Source: a virus. Taken from it: a stretch of DNA of 64,000 nucleotides. Shown here piece after piece: positions 47,364 to 57,535 of this stretch. Where the stretch lies: the IMG/VR virus record IMGVR_UViG_3300025030_001282, positions 1 to 64,000 of that record. One strand, 5' to 3'. Made by a program: the position numbers and the translations under genes. The notes under the pieces are model-generated. The model did not search any database. It was given only the letters and a program-made list of their open reading frames with translations, and was not told the DNA's origin. The first letter of the stretch is position 1; the number at the start of each line of letters is the position of its first letter.

Positions 47364-48305
47364 ATGGAAGCAGAAGACCAAGTCCTATTTGAATTGCCGG
47401 TGGAACTGGAACTCAGAAAGAGCCAGGGCAGCAGCACGCCGCGCCGCATTCTCCGGGGCTACGCATCCACCGCGAGCAAGGACCAGGACGGCGAAACTGT
47501 TTTGCAGCACGGGATGGACTTTTCCCCGCTCCTGAAATCCGGCTTCATGAACTACGACCACCAGGGCAAGTGCCTGCAATGCCAAGTGGTGTCTGATCGC
47601 CCGGTCTGCCCCAGCTGCGGATCCAGAGCAAAGATGCCGATTATCATCGGCTACCCGCTCAGCGCCGAGATCCGGGACAAGGGATGGTGGCTGGAAAGCG
47701 AAATTTTCAACGGTGCCGCCGCCGTCGACGTCAACAGCGACCAGCTGCGGCTCGCAGACGAAATGTGGGCGCTCGGTATGGCCATGCAGAAATCTGGCGG
47801 TAACAGGAGCCTTGCCTATTCGGTCGAGGGAGGCGTCCTGCAGCGGCACGGCAAGAAGGTGGTTAAGTCCGTGGTCCGGCACTGCGCCGTTACCCACAAG
47901 CCGGTGAACGAGGACGCAAGCGTCGAGCTGTTCATGAAATCCATGTGCTGCGGGCGCTGCAACCCGGATCACATGCTCTACGTGCCCGGCCACAGCTGCG
48001 GAAGCCATGCGGAAGACGAAGTGCAGAAAGCCATGTCCACCGAATCCGCCGCGCCGCTCATGCTGCAGAACCTGGACCGGGGCACCTCGGGGCTCCTGTA
48101 CGGGATGAACCCGACCGCCTGCGGCTGCTGCGATGAAAACTGGAAGTTCAAGAACGGAGTGGTGGGAGCAGCCAACCACCTTCAGAAATGCCAGGGGCTA
48201 TCCAAGGACCAAAGCATATCGTTCCTGCGCAAAGTGATCCATAACGCGCCGCACCGTCCCGACCTTGCGGCGCTCGTCAAACAAGCCGGTCTCATAGGCA
48301 ATTAA
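47364..48305 (+). CDS. Prohead maturation protease
   Basis: GYAST..DQDGE, NYDH, YSVEG, PVN motifs; upstream of scaffold and capsid. Confidence 0.85.
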   Translation: MEAEDQVLFELPVELELRKSQGSSTPRRILRGYASTASKDQDGETVLQHGMDFSPLLKSGFMNYDHQGKCLQCQVVSDRPVCPSCGSRAKMPIIIGYPLSAEIRDKGWWLESEIFNGAAAVDVNSDQLRLADEMWALGMAMQKSGGNRSLAYSVEGGVLQRHGKKVVKSVVRHCAVTHKPVNEDASVELFMKSMCCGRCNPDHMLYVPGHSCGSHAEDEVQKAMSTESAAPLMLQNLDRGTSGLLYGMNPTACGCCDENWKFKNGVVGAANHLQKCQGLSKDQSISFLRKVIHNAPHRPDLAALVKQAGLIGN

Positions 48306-48324
48306 AGAGGGGAGGAATATACGC

Positions 48325-49065
48325 ATGGACGCAAGGGCTAAAGCCAAAAAACAGTACGACGACACGATGGCCGAGCTGGACCTGCTCGAAAAATCGCAGA
48401 AAACCGGCGATGAAGCTACCGACGATCTGGAGGCGCTTACCAAGTCGCTGGAAGCGGAACTTGCAGGGGACGACCCCCTGAAGAAATCCGGGGACAACGA
48501 CGCGGACGACAAGGGCGGCAAAACCGAGGGCGACGAGGAAACCGAGATGGAGAAATCCCTCCGCCTCGCCGCCGAGGAAGAACTCCGCAAAGCCCAGGAA
48601 GCCGAGCAGGAGGAGTACGACGAACTGGTGAAGGCCAGCGAGGCGTATGCAGCTCTCGAGGAGACGATCCAGAAGTCCCACGGCGGGATTCAGGAGCAAC
48701 TTTCGACGCTGTGCAAGAGCATGGCAGCCCTGACCAACCTCAACCTCAAGATGGCCGGTGTGATTACCGCGCAGTCCGGAGAGATCGCCACCCTGAAGAA
48801 GTCCCGCGAAGAGGATCTGGAAACCATCCAGAAATCCGTGGCCACCCTGGGCGGCAGGCCGGTCATGCCGAACACTGCGGTCCTCGGCGTGAAGCTGGTC
48901 GACGGCAAGGAAGAGACGCTGACCAAATCCCTTTCCGAAATCGGCGACGACCTGACCAAGGCAGTCCAGGAAGGCAAGATCGATTCCCGCCACCTCTCGG
49001 TGTGGGGCACCTACAAGGACGTCAACCGGCTGCCCGACGAAGTAAAGACGCTCATCGGCATTTAA
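48325..49065 (+). CDS. Head scaffolding protein
   Basis: Acidic coiled coil between protease and capsid with 12 hydrophobic-x-K-[SA] sites. Confidence 0.8.
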   Translation: MDARAKAKKQYDDTMAELDLLEKSQKTGDEATDDLEALTKSLEAELAGDDPLKKSGDNDADDKGGKTEGDEETEMEKSLRLAAEEELRKAQEAEQEEYDELVKASEAYAALEETIQKSHGGIQEQLSTLCKSMAALTNLNLKMAGVITAQSGEIATLKKSREEDLETIQKSVATLGGRPVMPNTAVLGVKLVDGKEETLTKSLSEIGDDLTKAVQEGKIDSRHLSVWGTYKDVNRLPDEVKTLIGI

Positions 49066-49107
49066 CGGTCTTACAACAGGCCTGCACTCAAAAAGGGAGG
49101 AATTAGC

Positions 49108-50547
49108 GTGGATATCCAGAGTTTTGACATGATGCTGAAAGCAGGCGGATATAGCCTGACCGGGGACCAGATCGTCGACGATCTCCGCAAAGCACTTACC
49201 ACCACCAACAGCGGCCCCGGCGGCATCCAGTCCGGCCCGCTGATGCTGGAGAACCTGGACTCGGTCATGACCGAAGTCCTGATCACTGAGCAGCATTTCA
49301 AGCTGTTCAACAAACTGCCCAAGGTGCCGAGCGCCCAGCCGTACTACGAGTACAACGTCCACAAGGGCTTCGGCTCGAACCGTTCCGGTGGTGCAGGCTT
49401 CCGCCAGGGCGGAGCGCCGAAGGGCGGCACCAGCTCCTTCGAGAGAAAGGGCATCTACAACAAGTTCCTGGGCGTAAAAGGCGGAGTGACCCACCAGATG
49501 CTCATCACCGGGCAGAACGGCGGGAGCTTCGAAGACCCCACGGTCCGCGAAAACCGCGACCGCACCCTGGAGCTGCTGGAGAAGGTCGAGCGTGAACTGA
49601 TGTTCGGCCAGAAAGCCATCCTCGACGAGAACGGCGAGGAAGTAAACTTCGACGGACTGCTGACCCAGCTGCTCGCCGACAACGGCGCGAACGTGATCGA
49701 CATGAAGGGTGCGCCCCTGACCTTCGACGAGCTGGACGACGCCGCCCAGGATCTGATCACGACCGGCAAGCAGCCTTCGGTGAACGGTTACCAGATTCTG
49801 CAGAGCCCGCACGTTTCCAGCGGCCTCAACAAGCAGTTCGGCACCAGGAACCAGGTCCGCTTCAACAAGGACAGCGCCGTGAACGCGAACTACGTCCCCG
49901 GCCAGAGCATCAACAAGTACGATTCGGAGTTCGGCACCTTCGAGTTCGACCACTCCATCCTCCTGCAGGAAGTGGAAGCCGCCGCTCCGGTCGCTGCCGC
50001 GCCCGCCAACGTTCCCGCCACCCCGGCGATCACCACCCAGCCCGCAGCAGCCGACGACGCCGTAGGCAACCACATTGCCGGGACGGTCTACTACTCCATC
50101 GCGGCCTTTAACGATACCGGCGAGAGCCTGCCGGTGATCACCGACGCCGTCGCCATCCCGGACGCTACCAGCAAGGTGACCACCGTCATCACCCGGCTGG
50201 CAGGGGCCACCGGCTACCGCATTTATCGCGGCAAGCTGGCCGACGGCTCCGACCACAAGTGGATTGCCAAGGTGGCACAGAGCACCTCCGGCAACATCAC
50301 CTTCGTGGACAAGAACGGCTGGTTCACCACCGACGCCAACGGCAAGCAGTCCGACGGCCTCGCCCTGATGATCAAGCCCGAGGCCCGCGACATCGCCATC
50401 GCACAGATGACGCCGATGATCAAGATGCCGCTGCCGCAGGAGGGGACCACCTTCCCCTTCCTGCTGCTGCTCTACATCGTCAGCGTGATCAAGGCCCCGG
50501 AAAGGGTCAAGATTTACAAGAACTGCGGCACCTTTACCCCGGCCTAG
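49108..50547 (+). CDS. Major capsid protein (SPO1/A511-like, with inserted Ig-like domain)
   Basis: DLRKAL, PLMLENLD, NFDGL, GES, GYRIYRG; followed by a terminator. Confidence 0.9.
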   Translation: MDIQSFDMMLKAGGYSLTGDQIVDDLRKALTTTNSGPGGIQSGPLMLENLDSVMTEVLITEQHFKLFNKLPKVPSAQPYYEYNVHKGFGSNRSGGAGFRQGGAPKGGTSSFERKGIYNKFLGVKGGVTHQMLITGQNGGSFEDPTVRENRDRTLELLEKVERELMFGQKAILDENGEEVNFDGLLTQLLADNGANVIDMKGAPLTFDELDDAAQDLITTGKQPSVNGYQILQSPHVSSGLNKQFGTRNQVRFNKDSAVNANYVPGQSINKYDSEFGTFEFDHSILLQEVEAAAPVAAAPANVPATPAITTQPAAADDAVGNHIAGTVYYSIAAFNDTGESLPVITDAVAIPDATSKVTTVITRLAGATGYRIYRGKLADGSDHKWIAKVAQSTSGNITFVDKNGWFTTDANGKQSDGLALMIKPEARDIAIAQMTPMIKMPLPQEGTTFPFLLLLYIVSVIKAPERVKIYKNCGTFTPA

Positions 50548-50572
50548 TCTGTAGCGTATAGCAATGCACCAC

Positions 50573-50604
50573 AAAAGGGAGGCGGCAAGCCCGCCTCCCT
50601 TTTT
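50573..50604 (+). terminator. Intrinsic terminator after the capsid gene
   Basis: AAAAGGGAGGCGG-CAAGC-CCGCCTCCCTTTT. Confidence 0.85.
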
Positions 50605-50629
50605 CTAACTACCACTTAAAGGAGTTTAT

Positions 50630-51235
50630 ATGTCGAGCGTTCAGATTTGCTCCGTGTTCACAGGCCGGGTCGGCGTCACCACCAAACAGGGCAAGAGTTC
50701 CACCGTTACCTTCTACGAAAAGCACGACGAAACCGGCCCCATCGGTTTCGCCGAAGTTACCCACGAGCAGGCCGAGCAGTTCCTGAAGATTCCCTCCGAA
50801 TACTGGAAGCCCGGTACCAGGGGAGCCCAGCCCGTGAATACCCAGGCCGTCATCGAGGCAGCCCTGGCCGCCGATCCCCTGGCGCAGAAAGCTGCCGACG
50901 ACCTCATGAGCGGGAATAGTCCCGAGCAGAACCGCGAGGAGTTGAAGGAGGAGCTTAGAAAGGAACTCCTGGCAGAGATGGAGAGCGAGAAGAAGGACAC
51001 TCGCACCCCTGCACAGAAAGCTAAGGACACCAAGGAAGCCAAGAAGGGTAATCTGGCACCCCCCTTCGAGAAGAAGGAAGAAGGCAAAACGGTGGACCCG
51101 GCCATCGCGCCGCTCCTCGACGCCATCAAGCTGGCCGAGACGGACGAAGAGGTTGACGCAGTTGTCGGCACCAACGACAGCCCGGAAGTAACCGCAGCAG
51201 CCACCGAGCGCAAAGCCGAGATCAAGGCCGCGTAG
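50630..51235 (+). CDS. Hypothetical head-associated protein
   Basis: AAGGAG RBS. Confidence 0.7.
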   Translation: MSSVQICSVFTGRVGVTTKQGKSSTVTFYEKHDETGPIGFAEVTHEQAEQFLKIPSEYWKPGTRGAQPVNTQAVIEAALAADPLAQKAADDLMSGNSPEQNREELKEELRKELLAEMESEKKDTRTPAQKAKDTKEAKKGNLAPPFEKKEEGKTVDPAIAPLLDAIKLAETDEEVDAVVGTNDSPEVTAAATERKAEIKAA

Positions 51236-51259
51236 TCACCATAGCAGCACCAACCAAAA

Positions 51260-51287
51260 GGGAGGCGGACAACCGCCTCCCCGCTTT
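51260..51287 (+). terminator. Hairpin related in sequence to the capsid terminator
   Basis: GGGAGGCGG-ACAA-CCGCCTCCC. Confidence 0.6.
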
Positions 51288-51310
51288 CAAGCCTGGGGAG
51301 GGGAAACACG

Positions 51311-51598
51311 ATGGCGCGTAAAAAACGTAAATTCGGAAGCAACATGGTCGCAAACTTCGGCGAAGTGAAGGCCATGCGCGAGGAGATGAACAAGCTGGTC
51401 GGCGAAGTGGACGAGCTGAAAACCAAGCTGGCCGCAGCCGTGACGCTGCTCCTTGAGGTGAAGACCAAGCAGGGCTCCCATACGCACACGGGCGTCACTG
51501 TGGGTGCCGGTGTTTCCGGTGCCGCATCCACCCTCACCTACACCGCCACCGACCCGAGCACGACCTTTACCAGCGTCGAAGCAGCAGAGGTCCAGTAG
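51311..51598 (+). CDS. Small virion protein
   Basis: GGAGG RBS; HTHTGV motif. Confidence 0.6.
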   Translation: MARKKRKFGSNMVANFGEVKAMREEMNKLVGEVDELKTKLAAAVTLLLEVKTKQGSHTHTGVTVGAGVSGAASTLTYTATDPSTTFTSVEAAEVQ

Positions 51599-52951
51599 AT
51601 GCTGACCTCCTTAAAGATAGACACGGACAAGGCGGAGTACAGCCGCCTCGAATCCCTGCGATCGGTGGTCAGGGTGCGGGTACTCCCCACCCCGGCCACC
51701 GGGCTCGTTGGGGAAGCGGCAGTGGTGTCTCTCGTGAAGAAGGGGGTCACCATCTGGAGCACGCCGGTCGTATTCAGCGGCGACGCCAGCAAAGGCGTCG
51801 TCGTGCCGATCGACCTGACCAACATCAAGGACGACAACGGCGACACGCACATCAGCCGTGGCGTTTACACGGTGGAAGCCACCCAAGGGGACGTCAGCGC
51901 CACCAAGGACTTTTCGGTGGCGCTGATCACCGCCGCAGAGATGCGGAAATCCTACTGCCAGGGGCTCCATCTGGTTGCGGGCTACAAGCTGGCCGCCAAG
52001 CGCCAGCCCTCACTCGTGACCGGCGTCACCATCACCGACGTTTCCAAGGGGACCAGGGCAGGCGTGAAGGCGCTGAGCTACGACGCAAGCGCCCACACGC
52101 TGACCTGGGACAACGGCCCAGCCATCACCATTGAGGACGCCGAGAACGCCATCCTAATCGACTCCAAGGGGAGCAACTGGATTGAGGTGGACATTGACCC
52201 GTTCGGGCTCCCGGACGCCGACGCCGCCGAGGGGATCCTGCTCGCGGATGAAAGTTTAGACGACGAGTTTATCCGGCGCGAGATCGAGAAGGCCACCCAG
52301 GAAGCAGAGGTGCGGCTCAAGGTGAACCTGGAGCCCGCCCGCATAGCAACCGAGCCCTACTTTTCCAACCCGGCCCAGGGCGAGTATTTCGACTACAAGG
52401 CGGCACCGATCATGTATCAGGCACGGGATTTTAACACCCGTGGCGTGGCGTGGCAGATGCAGATCCCGTACCACCAAATTTCAAAGATCGGCAAGGTCGA
52501 GGGCTTCATGGGGAACACACTGGCGCTTACCATCACCGCAGGCGCAATCACCGTAAACCGGAAGTCCGGAATGCTGAACATCCTGCCGTACAACAGCCAG
52601 TACAGCTATCTATACACCTTTTTCTCCCAGCTCAATTTCTGGGGATCCCGCGAGTTTATTCCGGACTTCTGGCGCTACAAGGGGACCATCGGAGTCGAGG
52701 AGAACACGCCGGGCGACATTCTGAAGCTCGTAGGCCTGCTGGCCGCCGTGTCGATCCTGACCACCGCCGAGCAGGCGTACCGAGCAGGCACCACATCCGA
52801 GAGCACCAGCAAGGACGGAGTGAGCCACAGCCGTAGCTACAACGCCAAGGGCATCTATGACACCACCATCCAAGAATACAAGGAGTGGGCCGATAAGAAC
52901 GCGCCCAAGCTGCGGAACCAGTATCGCGGCATTCCTTGCGTGGTGATGTAA
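51599..52951 (+). CDS. Head-tail adaptor (neck) protein
   Basis: Position; C-terminal SESTSKDGVSHS, LRNQYRG. Confidence 0.65.
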   Translation: MLTSLKIDTDKAEYSRLESLRSVVRVRVLPTPATGLVGEAAVVSLVKKGVTIWSTPVVFSGDASKGVVVPIDLTNIKDDNGDTHISRGVYTVEATQGDVSATKDFSVALITAAEMRKSYCQGLHLVAGYKLAAKRQPSLVTGVTITDVSKGTRAGVKALSYDASAHTLTWDNGPAITIEDAENAILIDSKGSNWIEVDIDPFGLPDADAAEGILLADESLDDEFIRREIEKATQEAEVRLKVNLEPARIATEPYFSNPAQGEYFDYKAAPIMYQARDFNTRGVAWQMQIPYHQISKIGKVEGFMGNTLALTITAGAITVNRKSGMLNILPYNSQYSYLYTFFSQLNFWGSREFIPDFWRYKGTIGVEENTPGDILKLVGLLAAVSILTTAEQAYRAGTTSESTSKDGVSHSRSYNAKGIYDTTIQEYKEWADKNAPKLRNQYRGIPCVVM

Positions 52952-53589
52952 TGGCGATTCCCGTCCCGACCATAGACCAGTTCACCGAGGAGGAAGGCGA
53001 GGAAGTCCTCCACTCGATCGGCATGCGCTGCTTCTGCCACGGAGCCGACGGACAGCCGGACCCCAACTGCATGGAGCATGAAAATGGCGGCTGGCTCTAC
53101 CTGAATGAGCAGAGGATCGTCGGCCTCGTGACGGACATATCGCAGCGCCGCGAACTGATGGAAACCGGAGTGTTCAACCCTGGAGACTGCGTATTTTCCC
53201 CGACGTCCGAGAACACCATATCTGAAGGAGACAAGATCACCTTCACATGGCCACTGCCATTCGGCCAGGGCGACGTCCTGATACGAGGCACCGGCCCGAG
53301 CGAAACGCTCTATTACGCTGGCGTGAAGGGTATGGTCTGCATCGATCAGAACAAGGTGTTTTACAAGCAGGACCGCGACTACCGGCTACAGGGAAAGGAG
53401 ATCGTCTGGACCTGGACCGGGAAGGCGACCGACGGCAAGCAGCCTGCAGCAGGGCTCCGGTACTCCTTCAAATACACCGCCTACATCGAGTGGCTGGCCT
53501 TCGTGCCCCCCATCACCCGGATCAGCGCCGGAGTTGACATGGGGAACAAGGTCATGCTGCGCAAGAAGCACCTCGTGGAGAACCGCTAA
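52951..53589 (+). CDS. Head closure/neck protein
   Basis: CFC...PNC...GWLY N-terminus; position. Confidence 0.6.
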   Translation: MAIPVPTIDQFTEEEGEEVLHSIGMRCFCHGADGQPDPNCMEHENGGWLYLNEQRIVGLVTDISQRRELMETGVFNPGDCVFSPTSENTISEGDKITFTWPLPFGQGDVLIRGTGPSETLYYAGVKGMVCIDQNKVFYKQDRDYRLQGKEIVWTWTGKATDGKQPAAGLRYSFKYTAYIEWLAFVPPITRISAGVDMGNKVMLRKKHLVENR

Positions 53590-54350
53590 TGGCCGACACG
53601 CCGAACCTGAAAATGGCCATAACGCTAGCTGCGAATTATGTGGCAGCAACGTGGCAGCAGGTCGTGATGGGGACGCTGCAGGTGCCAGGAGCCCGCACAC
53701 CAACGGCGAACATCGGGCTCCGAGACATCTACGCCAAAAGCATTATTCGCAGCAGCCGTTTAGTTGGGCAGGGCGGGTTAGAGCAGTCGGTCATTTCGGA
53801 TAAGCAGATCGCCAGGGACTTGGAGAACGGCAAAGGCCCCTGGGACATGAAGCCCATGCTGCTGAACGGCCCCAAGGCCCGCGTGAGCAAGAAGGGGGTC
53901 AAGTATAACATTATCCCCTTTCGCCACGGCACAAGCGCGAGCAACACACCGAACAGCAACTTCCGGCCTATGCCGAAGGACATCTACCAGCAGGCGCGGG
54001 AACTGAAGGCCAGCGTAAAAAGCGGCAAGGGCATGAAGTGGGGCGGGAGGCTCCCCGCCACCAGCACGCCGGGCAAGAACGCCACCACCGGATACCAGCA
54101 CAAGCACGACATTCACGAGGGGATGGTCCGCATTGAGAAGAAGTATGCAGGCAGCACCTCGAACAAGCACATGACCTTCCGCATCGTCAGCGCCAACTCG
54201 GACCCGCTGAGCTGGTGGCACCCCGGATACCCGGCGCACCACATAGCAGAAGGGGTAACCAATTACTGCCGACCGGCAGTAGAAGAGATGATCCGCGACG
54301 CGGCCAAGGCCGACCTCATCACCGCTATTGGCACCATAGGAGTGGAGTAA
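53589..54350 (+). CDS. Neck/tail completion protein
   Basis: WDMKP, IPFRH, TFRIVS.NS.P.SW.HPG. Confidence 0.6.
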   Translation: MADTPNLKMAITLAANYVAATWQQVVMGTLQVPGARTPTANIGLRDIYAKSIIRSSRLVGQGGLEQSVISDKQIARDLENGKGPWDMKPMLLNGPKARVSKKGVKYNIIPFRHGTSASNTPNSNFRPMPKDIYQQARELKASVKSGKGMKWGGRLPATSTPGKNATTGYQHKHDIHEGMVRIEKKYAGSTSNKHMTFRIVSANSDPLSWWHPGYPAHHIAEGVTNYCRPAVEEMIRDAAKADLITAIGTIGVE

Positions 54351-55000
54351 TGGGATTTCCCAACGTAGACAAGCAGCTGGTCCGCATCCTGACCGCAGAG
54401 TTTAACGCGGCCAAGGCCGACCCGACGTTCCTCATAGAAGACCTCTTTGAAGACCTGGACGTGGCAGAGCAGGCGCAGATCACCGCCTACCTCACCAGGA
54501 AGACCTTTGTCAACGACGTGCGCGAGCACAAGGGGAGCAACGTCTATGTGATCGCCAGCTTTCCCCTACTGGAAGTGCCGTTCCCCCAGATAGCCATCAG
54601 CCTGGGCGCGGGCGACAGCGACAGGTTCATGAACGACCTCACCGGGCAGAGCAAGCCGATCACCGACGGGACGGGAGCGGTCGTAGCATATGCCATCGAG
54701 AAGGGCTACTACGAGAAGAGCAATTGGGATATTCACACGGTCTGCGCCACCAAGGACGAGGCTATCTGGCTTTCCAGGCTCGTGCAGCGCTTTATCTGCG
54801 AAGCCTTCGACGATCTGGCCAGAGCGGGCATTTCTGAGGTGAACATCTTCATCCAGGACTTGAGGGCGGACGAAAACACCCTGCAGCCGAACACGGTGTT
54901 CAACCGGGCTATCCGGTTGTCGGCCACCGTGGCGAACACCTGGAACGAGAGGATACCAAACGGGACCTATGCAGAAGGGACGAACATTTCGGCAGGATAA
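54350..55000 (+). CDS. Tail terminator-like protein
   Basis: Position upstream of the sheath; FPQIAI. Confidence 0.55.
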   Translation: MGFPNVDKQLVRILTAEFNAAKADPTFLIEDLFEDLDVAEQAQITAYLTRKTFVNDVREHKGSNVYVIASFPLLEVPFPQIAISLGAGDSDRFMNDLTGQSKPITDGTGAVVAYAIEKGYYEKSNWDIHTVCATKDEAIWLSRLVQRFICEAFDDLARAGISEVNIFIQDLRADENTLQPNTVFNRAIRLSATVANTWNERIPNGTYAEGTNISAG

Positions 55001-55008
55001 AAAGGAGC

Positions 55009-55281
55009 ATGACCATGGCAAAAACAGATGTAACCGAAACAGTAGTAGAGCAAGGGCCGACCGAATTCCCGCTCACACTTGAAGAGTACCTGTCCGAGCA
55101 ACCGGCATCAATGGTTGAAACAAAAGCAGGCTTCCGAAGTGTGGTCGACGCAGCGGGAATTAGCGGTGCTCGACCGCGAGGAGAGTGGGCCAGCCTGCTC
55201 GATCTTTACAACAGGCAGCCTGCTGCAATGCCATGGGCAGAATGGATGAAATCTGAAGCCAACAACAAGGGAGGGAACTGA
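55009..55281 (+). CDS. Hypothetical protein
   Basis: AAGGAG RBS. Confidence 0.6.
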   Translation: MTMAKTDVTETVVEQGPTEFPLTLEEYLSEQPASMVETKAGFRSVVDAAGISGARPRGEWASLLDLYNRQPAAMPWAEWMKSEANNKGGN

Positions 55282-55283
55282 CA

Positions 55284-57023
55284 ATGGGAGTAGGAACAGG
55301 AGTGCTCTGGAAGGGGGCATATTATGTGCGTCCGCAAGCCGGGTCGTTTATTGACTCTTCGGCGCTTAGCGCCGTTCAGCTCGGCAGCGCCAACAAGGTC
55401 TGTATTCTGGGAGAGATGACCGGCCTCCTTGCGCCAAAGACGCTGAAACAGATCGATTCGACGCTGGCAAATGCCCTGCTGGCACCATCCAACGAGGAGG
55501 CGAGACTCGCCGCCCAGCTGGTCTTCAACCCGTCACCGGGGACACCTGGCGCAACAGAGGTTTACCTGCTGCCGGTCAACCCCTCAACCGCTGCCGCACT
55601 GACGCTGGGCACATCGCTGAAGTTCGACAGCTACATCTATGGTTTGATCGCCAATCAGATCAAGATCAAGCTAGAGAACGGTACGACCGTCGGGAAAAAA
55701 GTCACGGTGGCCTTTCTCGACAACACGGAAATTCACGACGATATCACCAAGAGCTCCTTCAGCATCCAATACACCGGCTTGGGTTCTTCCTGCGCGTTGA
55801 CAATCACGCCGACTGCCGCAGGCCATATTCTTTCAACCGCCTGCGCTGGAGCGACCGCCGACAACCTGTCTATCGACCTGAACGTGTACACCAATGTTCA
55901 GGCGATCCTCGACGCCATTGCCGCAACAGGCAAGTACACCGTGACGGCTATCACCAAATCGCCGAAAAACGACTTGGGGATGCAGTTGGACGGCGCAACC
56001 TCGCAGGACATCAAGACGGCTGCCTTCACAGCCAAAGCCGACCTGCAGGCGATTATAGACCGGCTGGGCGAGCGTTCGGCATATGTCAGCCCGAGCCGGG
56101 TGGCGGACGCCATAGCTGCCCCGGCAAACGTGTCCTGGACGTTCCTTGCCGGTGCCGTTGACGGCACGACCACAAACAATGACTGGCAGGCGGCATTTGA
56201 TCTCCTGAAGAGCGTCAACATGGATGTGCTGGTCCCGCTCACAAGCGCCCCGGCGATCCACTCAATGGGAGACGCGCACTGCAACTACATGTCCGGCCCC
56301 ATCGGCAAAAGCGAGCGACGGCAGTTCGTCGGAGGAGCATTGCAGACATGGTCCACTGAAGTTGGTCGAACTGCGGCTGTTGCCGCACTGAAAGCTGCGG
56401 TCACTGCCATAAACAGCGACCGGACAGTGCACGTCGGCCTGGGGTGCAAGCAGTACGACCCGAATGGCAACGTGAAACTCTACCCGGCCTACATTACGGC
56501 CTGCATATATGCGGGGATGGCGGGAGGGGCCTCGCCTGTTACCCCGCTCACGCGGAAATACCTGAGCTGCATCGGCCTCGAGGTGAATCTGCGCAACACC
56601 GAGATAAATGATCTGCTCGAAGGGCATTGCGCCGTTCCGATCCCTGATCTGGTCCAGGAGGCAGGTTATGTGATTTCACGTCAAATCACAACTTGGGCGC
56701 AGGACGCGGACCTTTACCGGGTGGAATTCTCGGTCGGACGCGGTGCTGACTACCTGGCACGCGAAGTCCGCAACCGGCACGAACTGCTTATCGGCAAGCC
56801 GGGAACGCCGGGGATGGACACAACGATCATCAACACCACCAATGCCGTGCTCGAAGCTGCTCTTCGCGACGAGATCATCACCTCGTATAACCCGAAAGCG
56901 ACGACGCTTCGTGCAGACGGGGTCGTTAGGTACATCGACTATTCAGCCAAGCCGGTGCTGCCGATTAACTGGATCTTTTCCACTTACCACCTGCTGCCGA
57001 CAAAGTTCTCGATCGGGCTTTAA
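55284..57023 (+). CDS. Contractile tail sheath protein
   Basis: 579 aa; YVRP, NQIKIK, DW.AAF, PLTRK, PVLPINWI motifs. Confidence 0.88.
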   Translation: MGVGTGVLWKGAYYVRPQAGSFIDSSALSAVQLGSANKVCILGEMTGLLAPKTLKQIDSTLANALLAPSNEEARLAAQLVFNPSPGTPGATEVYLLPVNPSTAAALTLGTSLKFDSYIYGLIANQIKIKLENGTTVGKKVTVAFLDNTEIHDDITKSSFSIQYTGLGSSCALTITPTAAGHILSTACAGATADNLSIDLNVYTNVQAILDAIAATGKYTVTAITKSPKNDLGMQLDGATSQDIKTAAFTAKADLQAIIDRLGERSAYVSPSRVADAIAAPANVSWTFLAGAVDGTTTNNDWQAAFDLLKSVNMDVLVPLTSAPAIHSMGDAHCNYMSGPIGKSERRQFVGGALQTWSTEVGRTAAVAALKAAVTAINSDRTVHVGLGCKQYDPNGNVKLYPAYITACIYAGMAGGASPVTPLTRKYLSCIGLEVNLRNTEINDLLEGHCAVPIPDLVQEAGYVISRQITTWAQDADLYRVEFSVGRGADYLAREVRNRHELLIGKPGTPGMDTTIINTTNAVLEAALRDEIITSYNPKATTLRADGVVRYIDYSAKPVLPINWIFSTYHLLPTKFSIGL

Positions 57024-57074
57024 GCGGCCCCCGGTGTAGCGCATATTAATTTTAAAAAAGGGAGGCAACGCAAC

Positions 57075-57475
57075 ATGAAAGAAACCATGACCGGCAACCG
57101 GGCGATTTTCAAGATCGCCGGGACAGTAATCGGAGTTGCCCAGAACGTCGAAGTGAGCGACGATTTCGGGCTCCAGGAGGTGGACGGGCTCGGCAACCTC
57201 GAGGTGCAGGAGTACGTGCCCGGCAAGCTGACCCACCGCATCAGCGGTTCCTCCTACTTCGTTGTGAACCAGAACCTGCGCCAGTTGAACCTCGTGCCGG
57301 AATCGGGAGACTGGCTGTCGTCCCCAGAATTCGAGGTGGAGATCCAGGACGCGCTCACCTACAGCACCGTGGAGAGCTACGTGGCTGCAAATTCGCCAGC
57401 CACAGCCGCACCTACGCTAAGCACCAGATCACTGGCCAGAGCTTCCAGATTTACGCACGGCACAAAGCAGTCTAA
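57075..57475 (+). pseudogene. Tail tube protein with a 1-nt frameshift near 57381-57384 (mutation or sequencing error)
   Basis: IGVAQ...GLG...EYVP N-terminus; the tube-like C-terminus GCKFASHSRTY...HKAV* continues in the -1 frame and is followed by a terminator. Confidence 0.75.
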
Positions 57476-57503
57476 GCAGCACTCCGCAAGGAATGACACC
57501 AGG

Positions 57504-57535
57504 AAGGGGGACCGGGTCACACCGGCCCCCCTTTT
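57504..57535 (+). terminator. Intrinsic terminator after the tube gene
   Basis: AAGGGGGACCGG-GTCACA-CCGGCCCCCCTTTT. Confidence 0.7.
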
